DNA from: Escherichia coli | Lineage (GTDB): Bacteria; Pseudomonadota; Gammaproteobacteria; Enterobacterales; Enterobacteriaceae | NCBI RefSeq assembly: GCF_050920415.1 | Contig: NZ_CP169309.1 | DNA: 64,000 nt | Strand: one strand, 5' to 3' | Shown here: positions 12,276 through 25,829 of the stretch, in pieces | Position numbering within the stretch: the first letter of the stretch is position 1 | Layout of the letters: each line of letters begins with the position of its first letter | Notes under the pieces: model-generated | The model's database searches: none | Told to the model about the DNA's origin: nothing | Seen by the model: only the letters and a program-made list of their open reading frames with translations | Made by a program: the position numbers and the translations under genes

Positions 12276-12716
12276 ATGGACAAGCAACGCGGTTTTACAC
12301 TTATCGAACTGATGGTGGTTATTGGCATCATTGCCATTTTAAGCGCCATTGGTATTCCCGCTTATCAAAACTACCTGCGCAAAGCCGCACTCACCGACAT
12401 GCTACAAACCTTTGTGCCTTACCGTACCGCCGTAGAGTTGTGCGCGCTGGAACATGGTGGATTAGATACCTGCGACGGTGGCAGCAATGGCATTCCCTCG
12501 CCTACCACCACCCGCTATGTTTCAGCCATGAGTGTGGCAAAGGGCGTGGTGTCGCTGACCGGGCAAGAAAGTCTCAATGGGCTAAGCGTCGTCATGACAC
12601 CGGGTTGGGATAACGCAAACGGCGTCACCGGCTGGACGCGCAACTGCAATATTCAAAGTGACAGCGCATTGCAGCAAGCCTGCGAAGATGTCTTTCGCTT
12701 TGATGACGCCAACTAA
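12276..12716 (+). CDS. ppdD: Type IV prepilin (major pilin-like) PpdD
   Basis: 146 aa ORF; N-terminus MDKQRGFTLIELMVVIGIIAILSAIGIP is a class III signal peptide (G/FTLIE cleavage motif). Confidence 0.95.
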   Translation: MDKQRGFTLIELMVVIGIIAILSAIGIPAYQNYLRKAALTDMLQTFVPYRTAVELCALEHGGLDTCDGGSNGIPSPTTTRYVSAMSVAKGVVSLTGQESLNGLSVVMTPGWDNANGVTGWTRNCNIQSDSALQQACEDVFRFDDAN

Positions 12717-12725
12717 GGAGCGGCA

Positions 12726-14111
12726 ATGAATATTCCACAGCTCACCGCCCTGTGTCTGCGTTATCAGGGAGTCTTGCTGGATGCCAGCGAAGAGGTGGTT
12801 CATGTTGCGGTGGTCGATGCCCCTTCGCATGAGCTACTGGACGCATTGCATTTCGCTACCACCAAACGTATTGAGATCACCTGCTGGACGCGCCAACAAA
12901 TGGAAGGTCACGCCAGTCGCACCCAACAGACATTGCCCGTAGCTATTCATGAGAAGCATCAGCCCAAAGCAGAGTTGCTGACTCGAACGTTACAATCTGC
13001 GCTGGAACAACGCGCGTCTGATATTCATATCGAACCAGCGGACAATGCCTACCGCATCCGCTTGCGTATCGACGGTGTATTGCATCCTTTACCGGATGTT
13101 TTACCGGATGCCGGAGTCGCATTAACCGCCAGATTAAAAGTGCTGGGCAACCTGGATATTGCGGAACATCGCCTGCCGCAGGACGGGCAATTCACTGTCG
13201 AACTGGCAGGAAACGCCGTCTCATTTCGTATTGCGACCTTACCATGCCAGGGTGGTGAAAAGGTGGTATTAAGGTTGTTACAGCAGGTGAGCCAGGCACT
13301 GGATATCAACACGCTGGGGATGCAGCCGTTACAACTGGCGGACTTTGCTCATGCCTTGCAACAACCACAGGGACTGGTGCTGGTAACTGGCCCTACAGGC
13401 AGCGGCAAAACGGTCACGCTTTATAGTGCCCTGCAAACGCTGAATACCGCTGACATTAATATTTGTAGCGTCGAAGATCCGGTTGAGATCCCCATAGCCG
13501 GACTAAACCAGACGCAAATCCATCCGCGTGCCGGTCTTACCTTTCAGGGCGTTTTGCGTGCGTTATTGCGCCAGGACCCTGACGTCATCATGATCGGAGA
13601 GATCCGCGATGGCGAAACAGCAGAGATCGCTATTAAAGCGGCGCAAACCGGTCACCTGGAGTTGTCTACCCTACACACCAATTCCACCACTGAAACGCTG
13701 GTACGTTTACAGCAAATGGGAGTCGCCCGCTGGATGCTCTCATCGGCGCTTACGCTGGTAATAGCCCAGCGTCTGGTACGTAAACTTTGCCCACATTGTC
13801 GCCTGCAGCAAGGGGAGCCCATCCATATTCCAGACAATGTATGGCCGTCGCCGCTGCCCCGCTGGCAAGCACCCGGTTGTGTACATTGCTACCACGGTTT
13901 TTATGGTCGCACGGCCTTATTTGAAGTTCTGCCCATAACACCGGTCATACGTCAGCTTATTTCCGCTAATACCGACGTTGAATCGCTGGAAACGCACGCC
14001 CGACAGGCGGGTATGCGAACGCTTTTTGAAAACGGCTGCCTGGCGGTGGAGCAAGGCTTAACCACCTTTGAAGAGTTAATCCGCGTATTGGGAATGCCGT
14101 ATGGCGAGTAA
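12726..14111 (+). CDS. hofB: Type IV pilus assembly ATPase (GspE/PilB family)
   Basis: 461 aa ORF with Walker A GPTGSGKT and Cys tetrad (CPHC..CVHC); between ppdD and hofC. Confidence 0.95.
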   Translation: MNIPQLTALCLRYQGVLLDASEEVVHVAVVDAPSHELLDALHFATTKRIEITCWTRQQMEGHASRTQQTLPVAIHEKHQPKAELLTRTLQSALEQRASDIHIEPADNAYRIRLRIDGVLHPLPDVLPDAGVALTARLKVLGNLDIAEHRLPQDGQFTVELAGNAVSFRIATLPCQGGEKVVLRLLQQVSQALDINTLGMQPLQLADFAHALQQPQGLVLVTGPTGSGKTVTLYSALQTLNTADINICSVEDPVEIPIAGLNQTQIHPRAGLTFQGVLRALLRQDPDVIMIGEIRDGETAEIAIKAAQTGHLELSTLHTNSTTETLVRLQQMGVARWMLSSALTLVIAQRLVRKLCPHCRLQQGEPIHIPDNVWPSPLPRWQAPGCVHCYHGFYGRTALFEVLPITPVIRQLISANTDVESLETHARQAGMRTLFENGCLAVEQGLTTFEELIRVLGMPYGE

Positions 14112-15303
14112 GCAACTCTGGCGCTGGCGTGGCATAACCGGCGACGGCAATGCGCAAGATGGGATGCTATGGGCAGAGAGCCGTGCTTTGCTGCTCATAG
14201 CACTACAGCAACAGATGGTTACCCCACTTAGCCTGAAGCGAATCGCCATCAATTCTGCGCAGTGGCGAGGAGATAAAAGCGCGGAAGTCATTCATCAACT
14301 GGCGACGCTACTCAAAGCCGGGTTAACGCTTTCTGAAGGGCTGGCACTGCTGGCGGAACAGCATCCCAGTAAGCAATGGCAAGCGTTGCTGCAATCGCTG
14401 GCGCACGATCTCGAACAGGGCATTGCTTTTTCCAATGCCTTATTACCCTGGTCAGAGGTATTTCCGCCGCTCTATCAGGCAATGATCCGCACGGGGGAAT
14501 TGACTGGTAAGTTAGATGAATGTTGCTTTGAACTTGCTCGACAGCAAAAAGCCCAACGTCAGTTAGCCGATAAAGTGAAATCAGCGTTGCGTTATCCCAT
14601 CATCATTTTAGCGATGGCAATCATGGTGGTTGTGGCAATGCTGCATTTTGTACTGCCGGAGTTTGCTGCTATCTACAAGACCTTTAACACCCCATTACCG
14701 GCGCTAACGCAGGGGATCATGACGCTGGCAGACTTTAGTGGCGAATGGGGCTGGCTGCTGCTGTTGTTCGGCTTACTGCTGGCAATAGCCAATAAGTTGC
14801 TGGTGCGCCGCCCGACCTGGCTCATCGTGAGGCAAAAATCACTGTTACGCATCCCAATTATGGGTTCACTGATGCGAGGGCAAAAACTCACGCAGATCTT
14901 TACGATTCTGGCGCTGACACAAAGTGCAGGCATTACTTTTTTACAGGGCGTAGAGAGCGTCAGAGCAACAATGCGCTGTCAGTACTGGGAGCAACTTCTG
15001 ACACAAATCCAGCACGATATCAGTAACGGTCATCCTATCTGGCTGGCGCTAAAAAATGCCGGTGAGTTTAGCCCGCTCTGTTTGCAATTAGTGAGAACAG
15101 GAGAGGCATCCGGTTCGCTGGATCTCATGTTAGACAACCTCGCCCGTCATCATCGGGATAACACCATGGCGCTGGCGGATAACCTTGCAGCCTTGCTCGA
15201 ACCGGTGTTGCTGGTCATAACGGGAGGAATTATCGGTACGCTAGTGGTGGCAATGTATTTGCCAATTTTCCATTTAGGCGATGCGATGAGTGGGATGGGA
15301 TAA
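14101..15303 (+). CDS. hofC: Type IV pilus platform protein (GspF/PilC family)
   Basis: 400 aa polytopic ORF; start overlaps hofB stop by 11 nt. Confidence 0.94.
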   Translation: MASKQLWRWRGITGDGNAQDGMLWAESRALLLIALQQQMVTPLSLKRIAINSAQWRGDKSAEVIHQLATLLKAGLTLSEGLALLAEQHPSKQWQALLQSLAHDLEQGIAFSNALLPWSEVFPPLYQAMIRTGELTGKLDECCFELARQQKAQRQLADKVKSALRYPIIILAMAIMVVVAMLHFVLPEFAAIYKTFNTPLPALTQGIMTLADFSGEWGWLLLLFGLLLAIANKLLVRRPTWLIVRQKSLLRIPIMGSLMRGQKLTQIFTILALTQSAGITFLQGVESVRATMRCQYWEQLLTQIQHDISNGHPIWLALKNAGEFSPLCLQLVRTGEASGSLDLMLDNLARHHRDNTMALADNLAALLEPVLLVITGGIIGTLVVAMYLPIFHLGDAMSGMG

Positions 15304-15304
15304 C

Positions 15305-15328
15305 GCTGGCGTGTTACTCCACGCCAGC
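15305..15328. terminator. Hairpin between convergent hofC and guaC
   Basis: GCTGGCGTG-ttactc-CACGCCAGC perfect 9-bp stem between the two stops; no strong U-run. Confidence 0.4.
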
Positions 15329-15337
15329 ATTGGGAGA

Positions 15338-16381
15338 TTACAGATTGTTGAAGATGCGGTTTTCTTGTTCCTGTACACGGATAAATGTGGTGCGCTTGGT
15401 CAGCTCTTTCAGGCGTGAAGCCCCAACGTATGTACAAGCTGAACGCAGGCCGCCCAAAATATCACGCGCGGTATTTTCAACCGGGCCTCGCAGCGGCAGC
15501 TTAACGGTTTTACCTTCTGCTGCGCGATATTCCGCAACGCCGCCAACGTGACGTTTCATCGCAGACTCGGAGCTCATGCCGTAGAACAGCATAAATTTCT
15601 CGCCGTTCTCCTCAACGATGCGACCACCGCTCTCTTCGTGGCCCGCCAGCATGCCGCCAAGCATGACGAAATCGGCACCGCCGCCAAAGGCTTTCGCGAC
15701 ATCGCCCGGCGTGGTGCAGCCACCGTCGCTGACGATCATTCCGCCCAGACCATGCGCAGCATCGGCACATTCGATCACCGCAGAAAGTTGCGGATAACCG
15801 ACGCCTGTTTTGACGCGAGTTGTACAAACAGAACCTGGGCCAATGCCAACTTTAACGATATCAGCACCGGAGAGGATAAGCTCCTCACACATTTCACCTG
15901 TCACGACGTTGCCAGCACAAATGGTTTTGGTCGGCCACGCTTCACGCGCTTTCGCAACGAACTGCACGAAGTGTTCGGAATAACCATTCGCCACGTCAAT
16001 ACAAACGAAGTTTAATGCCGGGTTCAGGTCGAGAATCTGTTTAGTTTTTTCGAAGTCCGCATCAGACGTACCGGTAGAAACCATCACATGTTTCAGCACA
16101 TCAGCGGAAGAATTGTTGATAAACGCTTGCCACTCTTCGACAGAATAGTGTTTATGCACAGCAGTCAGAATATCAAAAGAAGCCAGCGCAGAGGCCATAG
16201 AAAATGTGCCTACGGTGTCCATATTTGCGGCGATAATCGGCACGCCGGACCAGCTCTGACCTGAATGTTTGAAGGTGAATTGACGTTCCAGTTCAACATC
16301 GGAACGGCTTTTAAGAGTGGAGCGTTTAGGGCGGATGAGAACGTCTTTAAAACCTAACTTCAGATCTTCTTCAATACGCAT
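15338..16381 (-). CDS. guaC: GMP reductase
   Basis: 347 aa ORF ([35 protein letters not shown]..), IMPDH/GMPR fold. Confidence 0.97.
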
Positions 16382-16605
16382 GTGCGGATTCCTGGGGTTA
16401 ATGGCTATAAGGGTAAGAGCGCAACTCCAGTGACGCTATCATACGCACTAATCAATGCGGCGCAAGACTGCGAAATTGTCTTTTTTTACGCTACAATCCC
16501 ATAAATTTACCTGGTAAATAGTGAGCGAACGTTTCATCAATTTCGCTTTCGTGCGCTCATTTTTAACGTTTTGATAATCATGATGAATTCCCGGGAATAT
16601 AAATT

Positions 16606-17226
16606 ATGAGGTATATAGTTGCCTTAACGGGAGGCATTGGCAGTGGCAAGAGTACCGTTGCCAATGCGTTTGCTGATCTCGGAATTAACGTCATTGATGC
16701 CGATATTATTGCGCATCAGGTGGTTGAACCAGGTGCACCTGCGCTACATGCAATTGCTGATCACTTTGGCGCTAACATGATTGCTGCTGATGGAACATTG
16801 CAGCGCCGGGCCTTGCGCGAGCGGATTTTCGCCAACCCGGAAGAGAAAAACTGGCTTAACGCCCTGCTGCATCCGCTGATTCAGCAAGAGACGCAACACC
16901 AGATCCAGCAAGCATCTTCCCCCTATGTACTTTGGGTTGTGCCATTGCTGGTAGAAAACTCATTGTATAAAAAAGCGAATCGAGTGCTGGTGGTGGATGT
17001 CAGCCCAGAAACGCAACTTAAACGCACCATGCAGCGCGATGATGTCACTCGCGAGCATGTTGAACAAATTCTTGCTGCTCAGGCAACGCGCGAAGCCCGC
17101 CTTGCCGTGGCAGATGACGTCATTGATAATAACGGCGCACCGGATGCTATCGCATCGGATGTTGCCCGCCTGCACGCACACTATTTGCAGCTTGCGTCGC
17201 AGTTTGTCTCACAGGAAAAACCGTAA
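16606..17226 (+). CDS. coaE: Dephospho-CoA kinase
   Basis: 206 aa ORF; P-loop GGIGSGKST near N-terminus. Confidence 0.96.
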   Translation: MRYIVALTGGIGSGKSTVANAFADLGINVIDADIIAHQVVEPGAPALHAIADHFGANMIAADGTLQRRALRERIFANPEEKNWLNALLHPLIQQETQHQIQQASSPYVLWVVPLLVENSLYKKANRVLVVDVSPETQLKRTMQRDDVTREHVEQILAAQATREARLAVADDVIDNNGAPDAIASDVARLHAHYLQLASQFVSQEKP

Positions 17227-17969
17227 TGCAGACCCAGGTCCTTTTTGAACATCCACTAAATGAAAAAATGCGTACATGGCTGCGCATTGAGTTTTTGATT
17301 CAGCAACTCACCGTTAATCTACCCATCGTTGACCACGCTGGCGCGCTGCATTTCTTCCGTAATGTCAGTGAATTACTGGATGTTTTCGAGCGCGGCGAAG
17401 TCCGTACTGAGCTGTTGAAAGAACTTGACCGGCAGCAACGTAAACTCCAGACCTGGATTGGCGTGCCTGGCGTGGACCAGAGCCGTATTGAAGCATTAAT
17501 TCAGCAGTTAAAAGCGGCGGGGAGCGTATTAATTTCCGCGCCGCGTATCGGGCAATTTCTGCGTGAAGATCGTTTGATTGCTCTGGTGCGTCAGCGACTG
17601 AGCATCCCAGGCGGCTGTTGTAGCTTTGATTTACCTACATTGCACATTTGGCTGCATCTACCCCAGGCGCAGCGCGACAGCCAGGTAGAAACCTGGATTG
17701 CCAGCCTGAACCCGCTCAACCAGGCACTTACCATGGTGCTGGATTTAATTCGCCAGTCGGCCCCCTTCCGTAAACAAACCAGCCTGAATGGTTTTTATCA
17801 GGATAACGGTGGCGATGCCGACTTGCTGCGCCTGAATCTGTCGCTCGATTCACAGCTTTATCCGCAAATTTCCGGTCATAAGAGCCGTTTTGCCATTCGT
17901 TTTATGCCGCTGGACAGTGAAAACGGACAGGTACCGGAACGTCTGGATTTCGAACTGGCCTGTTGCTAA
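17226..17969 (+). CDS. zapD: Cell division protein ZapD (YacF)
   Basis: 247 aa ORF ([24 protein letters not shown]..); ATG overlaps coaE stop (TAATG). Confidence 0.95.
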   Translation: MQTQVLFEHPLNEKMRTWLRIEFLIQQLTVNLPIVDHAGALHFFRNVSELLDVFERGEVRTELLKELDRQQRKLQTWIGVPGVDQSRIEALIQQLKAAGSVLISAPRIGQFLREDRLIALVRQRLSIPGGCCSFDLPTLHIWLHLPQAQRDSQVETWIASLNPLNQALTMVLDLIRQSAPFRKQTSLNGFYQDNGGDADLLRLNLSLDSQLYPQISGHKSRFAIRFMPLDSENGQVPERLDFELACC

Positions 17970-17978
17970 GGAGTAAAA

Positions 17979-18176
17979 ATGTCAGAAACTATTACGGTGA
18001 ATTGCCCAACCTGCGGGAAAACGGTGGTGTGGGGTGAAATCAGCCCGTTTCGGCCATTTTGTTCCAAACGTTGTCAGCTGATCGACCTCGGAGAATGGGC
18101 TGCTGAAGAAAAACGAATCCCCAGCAGTGGCGATCTTTCCGAAAGCGATGACTGGAGCGAAGAGCCAAAGCAGTGA
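17979..18176 (+). CDS. yacG: DNA gyrase inhibitor YacG (zinc finger)
   Basis: 65 aa ORF with CPTCGK..CSKRCQ zinc ribbon and acidic C-terminus. Confidence 0.94.
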
Positions 18177-18185
18177 CATTTTATC

Positions 18186-18365
18186 TGATGCGACGCTGGC
18201 CTGATAAGACGCGGGCAGCGTCGCATCAGGCATCGTGTGCAAATGTCGGATGCGGCGGGAACGCCTTATCCGACCTGCAAGATCTTTTATATCAACGTGT
18301 TAAAAAATTGTAGGCCTGATAAGACGCGCCAGCGTCGCATCGGGCATCCAGTGTAAATGTTGGAT
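18186..18365. repeat. REP/BIME palindromic repeat cluster (yacG-mutT intergenic)
   Basis: Several copies of GCCTGATAAGACGCG..CGTCGCATCAGGC and GCCGGATGCGGCG-type palindromes. Confidence 0.85.
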
Positions 18366-18377
18366 GCCTTAACCGAT

Positions 18378-18767
18378 CTACAGACACTTAAGCTTCGCAA
18401 TTACCGGTTCATTGGCTGGCGGAAAATCATCGGCATTCAGACCAACCAGCGACATCCACTCACCGGGTTGCCCTTCTTTACCCCACGGCTCCCCTTCCCA
18501 GCTTTCGACCAGCCAGAACCACAGAGTTATATGCCTGTCCGGGAATTCATATTCCAGTTTTTCAAATAGCGAAAAATGTTGTGGGGTAATCCCGACTTCT
18601 TCCTGAAGTTCACGCACCACCGCCTGTTCCGGCGTTTCGCCCATTTCAATTTTACCGCCAGGAAACTCCAGTTTATTCGCCATGTGCGCATCTGCGGCGC
18701 GACGGGTTATAAAGATTTCATTGTTCTCGTTGCGAATAATACCTACCGCAATTTGCAGCTTTTTCAT
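18378..18767 (-). CDS. mutT: 8-oxo-dGTP diphosphatase (Nudix)
   Basis: 129 aa ORF; Nudix box GGKIEMGETPEQAVVRELQEEVGI. Confidence 0.96.
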   Translation of the reverse strand: MKKLQIAVGIIRNENNEIFITRRAADAHMANKLEFPGGKIEMGETPEQAVVRELQEEVGITPQHFSLFEKLEYEFPDRHITLWFWLVESWEGEPWGKEGQPGEWMSLVGLNADDFPPANEPVIAKLKCL

Positions 18768-18781
18768 TGTCTTAAACCTAT

Positions 18782-18809
18782 AAAAAAGGCGCAGAATCCT
18801 GCGCCTTTT
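18782..18809 (-). terminator. Intrinsic terminator after secA (bidirectional-looking)
   Basis: aaaaaa-GGCGCAG-aatcc-TGCGCC-tttt; 18 bp downstream of the secA stop and about 15 bp upstream of the mutT start. Confidence 0.6.
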
Positions 18810-18826
18810 ACTTCAACTGTTAGCTT

Positions 18827-21532
18827 TTATTGCAGGCGACCGTGGCACTGCTTGTATTTTTTACCAGAACCGCACGGGCAAGGATCATTACGTCCAACTT
18901 TGCGTTCACCAGTTTGTGCCGCCAGTGCAGCTGCGGCTGCAGAGTCGTCATCCTGATGGCTAAGCTGCTGCATTTGCGCTAAACGCTCGGCTTCCATACG
19001 ACGCTGTTGTTCCAGCTCCTCAACCTCTTCAGGCATACGTACCTGAACTTTGCTCAGCGTGCTGATAACTTCATATTTCAACGACTCCAGCATCGCTGCA
19101 AACATGGAGAACGATTCACGTTTGTATTCCTGCTTCGGATCTTTCTGTGCATAGCCACGCAGGTGGATACCTTGACGCAGATAATCCATCGCCGCCAGGT
19201 GCTCTTTCCACAGGGAGTCAAGCGTTTGCAGCATGACGCCTTTCTCGAAGTGACGCATCATCTCAGCGCCAACCACTTCTTCTTTACGCTGATACACTTC
19301 GATGGACTGCGCCAGAATACGCTCACGCAGCGTCTCTTCATGCAGTTCTGGCTCTTTGTCCAGCCACTCGGCAATCGGCAAATCGAGGTCGAAATCGTTC
19401 TTCAGACGTTCCTGCAGCCCCGGAATATCCCACATTTCTTCCAGCGACTGCGGCGGAATGTAGGCATCGATGGTCGCTTTGAACACATCTTCACGAATGC
19501 TGTTGATGGTATCGCTCACATCGCTGACATCCAGCAGTTCATTACGCTGGGAGTAAATGGCGCGACGCTGATCGTTAGCCACGTCATCATATTCCAGCAG
19601 TTGCTTACGAATATCGAAGTTACGGCTTTCAACTTTACGCTGAGCGTTGGCAATCGCTTTGGTCACCCACGGGTGCTCGATGGCTTCGCCTGGTTTCATA
19701 CCCAGTTTACGCATCATGCCGGAAACACGGTCAGAAGCAAAAATACGCATCAGCGCATCTTCCATCGACAGGTAGAAACGGGAAGAACCGGCATCCCCCT
19801 GGCGCCCAGAACGACCGCGTAGCTGGTTATCGATACGACGAGATTCGTGACGTTCTGTACCGATGATATGCAGACCACCTGCAGCCAGTACCGCATCGTG
19901 ACGCACCTGCCAGTCGGCTTTGATTTTTTCAATTTGCTCTGCGGTCGGATTTTCCAGCGCGGCAACTTCTGCCTGCCAGCTACCACCGAGCACAATATCT
20001 GTACCACGACCCGCCATGTTAGTCGCGATAGTCACCGCCGCGGGATAACCCGCTTGTGCAACAATCGCTGCTTCGTTAGCGTGGAATTTGGCGTTCAGAA
20101 CGTTGTGTTTGATACCGGCTTTGGTCAGCTCGTTTGACACCAATTCCGATTTTTCGATGGAGATAGTACCCACCAGCACCGGCTGGCCTTTCGCAGTACG
20201 TTCTTTGATATCTTCAATGATCGCCTGAATTTTTTCCGCTTCAGTCATGTAGACCAGGTCCGGCAGATCTTTACGAATCATTGGACGGTTGGTCGGAACA
20301 ACGACGGTATCCAGCTTATAGATGGAGCTGAATTCGAAAGCTTCGGTATCAGCAGTACCGGTCATCCCCGCCAGTTTTTCATACAGACGGAAGTAGTTCT
20401 GGAAGGTGATCGACGCCAGCGTCTGGTTTTCGTTCTGGATCTGTACACCTTCTTTCGCTTCCACTGCCTGATGCAGGCCATCGGACCAACGACGTCCCTG
20501 CATGGTACGACCGGTGTGTTCGTCAACGATGATAACTTCACCATCTTTAACGATGTAGTCGACGTCTCGGGTAAACAGCGCATGAGCGCGCAGCGCCGCC
20601 GTTACGTGGTGCATCAGCATGATGTTGGCCGGAGAGTACAGAGACTCCCCTTCATCCATGATGCCTTCTTTCACCAGCAGTTCTTCAATCAGCACCAGAC
20701 CACGTTCGGTCAGGTTCACCTGGCGAGATTTTTCGTCCACCGAGAAGTGGCCTTCGCCCTGGAAGGTTTCGGAGTCTTCTTTTTCCTGACGGATCAGGTG
20801 CGGAATAATTTTATTCACGCGTTTATACATTTCCGAGCTGTCTTCTGCCGGGCCGGAAATGATCAGCGGTGTACGCGCTTCATCGATCAGGATGGAGTCC
20901 ACTTCGTCCACCAGCGCATAGTGCAGTTTACGCTGTACACGTTCTTCAGGGCTGAACGCCATGTTATCGCGCAGGTAGTCAAAGCCGTATTCGTTGTTCG
21001 TACCGTAAGTGATGTCAGCTGCGTAAGCTTCACGCTTCGCCGGTGCTGGCATGCCCGGCAGGTTGATACCGACAGTCAGGCCAAGGAATTCAAACAGCGG
21101 ACGGTTGTTTTCGGCGTCACGTTGCGCCAGGTAGTCGTTGACGGTAACAACGTGTACGCCCTTACCGGTTAATGCGTTCAGGTAAGCAGGCAGCGTTGCG
21201 GTCAGGGTTTTACCTTCACCGGTACGCATTTCCGCGATGCAGCGTTCGTTAAGAACCATACCGCCGAGTAACTGAACGTCGAAGTGACGCATACCAAAGA
21301 CGCGCTTACTTGCCTCACGCACCACAGCGAAAGCTTCTGGGATCAGATTTTCCAGCACTTCGCCTTTTTCCAGACGTGCACGAAACTCTGCGGTTTTCCC
21401 TTTCAGTTCTTCGTCGGAGAGTTTTTCCATCTCCGGTTCCATGGCATTGATGATGTTGACGACTTTGCGCATCCGGCGCAGGGTGCGATCGTTACGACTA
21501 CCGAAAACTTTAGTTAATAATTTGATTAGCAT
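18827..21532 (-). CDS. secA: Preprotein translocase ATPase SecA
   Basis: 901 aa ORF ([23 protein letters not shown]..), C-terminal zinc motif [14 protein letters not shown]. Confidence 0.98.
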   Translation of the reverse strand: MLIKLLTKVFGSRNDRTLRRMRKVVNIINAMEPEMEKLSDEELKGKTAEFRARLEKGEVLENLIPEAFAVVREASKRVFGMRHFDVQLLGGMVLNERCIAEMRTGEGKTLTATLPAYLNALTGKGVHVVTVNDYLAQRDAENNRPLFEFLGLTVGINLPGMPAPAKREAYAADITYGTNNEYGFDYLRDNMAFSPEERVQRKLHYALVDEVDSILIDEARTPLIISGPAEDSSEMYKRVNKIIPHLIRQEKEDSETFQGEGHFSVDEKSRQVNLTERGLVLIEELLVKEGIMDEGESLYSPANIMLMHHVTAALRAHALFTRDVDYIVKDGEVIIVDEHTGRTMQGRRWSDGLHQAVEAKEGVQIQNENQTLASITFQNYFRLYEKLAGMTGTADTEAFEFSSIYKLDTVVVPTNRPMIRKDLPDLVYMTEAEKIQAIIEDIKERTAKGQPVLVGTISIEKSELVSNELTKAGIKHNVLNAKFHANEAAIVAQAGYPAAVTIATNMAGRGTDIVLGGSWQAEVAALENPTAEQIEKIKADWQVRHDAVLAAGGLHIIGTERHESRRIDNQLRGRSGRQGDAGSSRFYLSMEDALMRIFASDRVSGMMRKLGMKPGEAIEHPWVTKAIANAQRKVESRNFDIRKQLLEYDDVANDQRRAIYSQRNELLDVSDVSDTINSIREDVFKATIDAYIPPQSLEEMWDIPGLQERLKNDFDLDLPIAEWLDKEPELHEETLRERILAQSIEVYQRKEEVVGAEMMRHFEKGVMLQTLDSLWKEHLAAMDYLRQGIHLRGYAQKDPKQEYKRESFSMFAAMLESLKYEVISTLSKVQVRMPEEVEELEQQRRMEAERLAQMQQLSHQDDDSAAAAALAAQTGERKVGRNDPCPCGSGKKYKQCHGRLQ

Positions 21533-21593
21533 AATAAAATCTCAAACGCCCCGCGTTGCGGAGTCAATAAAATGAAGTAAAGGTTTATTGTTG

Positions 21594-22310
<717 letters not shown>

Positions 22311-22336
22311 AATTTTATACGACAGTATAAATGTCG

Positions 22337-23275
<939 letters not shown>

Positions 23276-23354
23276 CTATCCAACCGAAGTGTACTATACA
23301 TTCGGCGGGCCAGTTTAGCACAAAGAGCCTCGAAACCCAAATTCCAGTCAATTC

Positions 23355-24506
23355 TTAATCAGCTTGCTTACGCAGGAATGCTGGGATATCCAGATAATCC
23401 GGCTCTTTCGCAGTTTGCGGTGCGTTGTCATTCACGACTTTAGCAACCGGTTTCTGCTCCTGAGTCAGCGGTGCCATCCCGTGCTGCTGGTAGCGATCCA
23501 TCACTGGCTGCTGAACCTGCTTATTGGTCACCAGGGTGATTTCAGGACGTTTGTCCATACCGATACCTGTCGCAACAACGGTTACGCGCAGCTCGTCATT
23601 CATATCCGGGTCAAGAGAAGTACCGATAACCACAGTTGCGTTGTCGGATGCAAATGCACGGATGGTGTTACCTACCGTTTCGAACTCATCCAGACGCAGG
23701 TCGAAGCCCGCCGTGATGTTAACCAGCACGCCGCGCGCGCCAGACAGATCGATATCTTCCAGCAGCGGAGAGGAGATAGCCATTTCAGCAGCTTCTTCCG
23801 CACGGTCTTCGCCGCTCGCCACACCAGAACCCATCATTGCGTAGCCCATTTCAGACATTACGGTACGTACGTCTGCAAAGTCCACGTTCATCAGGCCTGG
23901 ACGAGTAATCAGTTCAGCGATACCTTGCACAGCACCTTTCAGTACATCGTTCGCTGCGCCAAATGCATCCAGCAGGGAGATACCGCGGCCCAAGACTTTC
24001 AGCAGTTTGTCGTTAGGGATAGTGATCAGAGAGTCCACATGCTTGGACAGTTCAGTGATCCCCTGCTCAGCGAATGCCATACGCTTCTTGCCTTCAAAGT
24101 TGAAAGGCTTAGTCACGACAGCAACGGTCAGGATCCCCAAATCTTTTGCCACTTCAGCGACAACTGGTGCTGCACCTGTACCGGTACCACCACCCATACC
24201 CGCAGCAATAAAGACCATGTCTGCACCTTCCAGCGCCGCACGCAGTGCATCGCGATCCTCATCAGCCGCATTACGGCCAACTTCTGGATTTGCGCCAGCT
24301 CCCAGTCCTTTGGTGATACCGCTACCGATTTGAATCGTCTGTCCAACCGCTGTTTTACGCAGCGCTTGTGCATCGGTATTTACCGCGAAGAATTCAACAC
24401 CTTCAATGCGCTCGCGCACCATGTGTTCAACAGCATTACCGCCGCCGCCGCCGACGCCGATGACTTTAATCACCGCGTCATTGGTAAGTTCCATTGGTTC
24501 AAACAT
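23355..24506 (-). CDS. ftsZ: Tubulin-like cell division GTPase FtsZ
   Basis: 383 aa ORF with tubulin signature GGGTGTG. Confidence 0.98.
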
Positions 24507-24566
24507 AGTTTCTCTCCGATTTGTGCCTGTCGCCTGAGGCCGTAATCATCGTCGGCCTCATAAAAA

Positions 24567-25829
24567 TTAAAACTCTTTTCGCAGCCAACTATTGAGTCGC
24601 TTGATCCACGAGCCAACTGATGCTGTAACACGTTTTTCTACTTCAGCTTCACCGTTAAGATGTGACTCTTTCCCATAGTGAAGCAATCCCACCGCCGTCG
24701 AATAATACGGCTCCTGAGCATAATCCGTTAAACCGGTAATGTTCAGCGGCGCGCCGATACGCACTTGCGTATGAAACACGCGCTGAGCACAGGCTGCAAG
24801 ACCTTCGATCTGCGCTGCGCCACCAGTTAAAACAATGCCTGCCGCCAGGTGATGTTTAACCCCTTGTTGGCGAAGCTTTTCCTGCAACTGCAATATCTCT
24901 TCGTTGACCAGGTTGAGCAGCTCGGTATAGCGCGGCTCGATCACCTCTGCCAGGGTCTGACGTTGCAGACTCCGCGGTGGACGACCGCCTACGCTCGGCA
25001 CTTCCACGCTCTCATCTTTTCCAACGATGGAACCCAGCGCACAACCGTGGCGAACTTTAATCGCTTCGGCGTCGCTTGGCGGCGTGCCAAAGGCGTAAGC
25101 GATATCACTGGTCACGACATTGCCAGCATAAGGAATTACCTTAGTGTGGCGCAATGCCCCACCGGTATAAACGGCGATATCCATTGTACCACCACCGATA
25201 TCGACGACGCAGACACCCAGTTCACGTTCATCTTCCGTCAATACCGAATAACTTGATGCCAGTCCGGCAAATATCAGTTGGTCAACTTTCAGCCCACAAC
25301 GTTCAACCGCTTTGACGATGTTTTTCGCCATATCGTTGTGACATGTGATCAGATGCACTTTTGCCTGCATCCGCACGCCCGAAAGTCCTACCGGATTCTT
25401 GATCCCTTCCTGATAGTCAATCGCATACTCTTGCGGGATCACATGCAGCACACGATGCTCATCGCGCACACGCACTGATTTCGCGGTATGGACGACGTTT
25501 TCCACATCTTCTTGCGTCACTTCTTCTTCAGAAATAGGCACCATACCAATTTCATTCTGGCAGCTGATGTGCTTACCAGAAAGCGCCAGATATACCGAAG
25601 AGATCTGACAATCTGCCATCAATTCTGCCTGGTCAATGGCGCGTTGTACGCACTTGACCACGGATTCGAGGTCGTTTACCCCGCCTTTATCCATACCACG
25701 CGACGGGCAGCTGCCCACGCCAATGATATTGACCATACCGTCGGGCAGAACTTCCCCTACTAAAGCGGCAACCTTCGCGGTACCAATCTCCAGTCCTACT
25801 ACCAGTTTTCTGTCCGTCGCCTTGATCAT
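24567..25829 (-). CDS. ftsA: Actin-like cell division protein FtsA
   Basis: 420 aa ORF ([27 protein letters not shown]..). Confidence 0.97.
   Translation of the reverse strand: MIKATDRKLVVGLEIGTAKVAALVGEVLPDGMVNIIGVGSCPSRGMDKGGVNDLESVVKCVQRAIDQAELMADCQISSVYLALSGKHISCQNEIGMVPISEEEVTQEDVENVVHTAKSVRVRDEHRVLHVIPQEYAIDYQEGIKNPVGLSGVRMQAKVHLITCHNDMAKNIVKAVERCGLKVDQLIFAGLASSYSVLTEDERELGVCVVDIGGGTMDIAVYTGGALRHTKVIPYAGNVVTSDIAYAFGTPPSDAEAIKVRHGCALGSIVGKDESVEVPSVGGRPPRSLQRQTLAEVIEPRYTELLNLVNEEILQLQEKLRQQGVKHHLAAGIVLTGGAAQIEGLAACAQRVFHTQVRIGAPLNITGLTDYAQEPYYSTAVGLLHYGKESHLNGEAEVEKRVTASVGSWIKRLNSWLRKEF

Noticed and set aside
18186-18365. Possibility that the palindromic repeat clusters are CRISPR arrays or mobile-element ends
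   Set aside because: The units are imperfect palindromes of REP type, occur in only 2-4 copies with no regular spacers, and have no adjacent cas genes or transposase ORFs.
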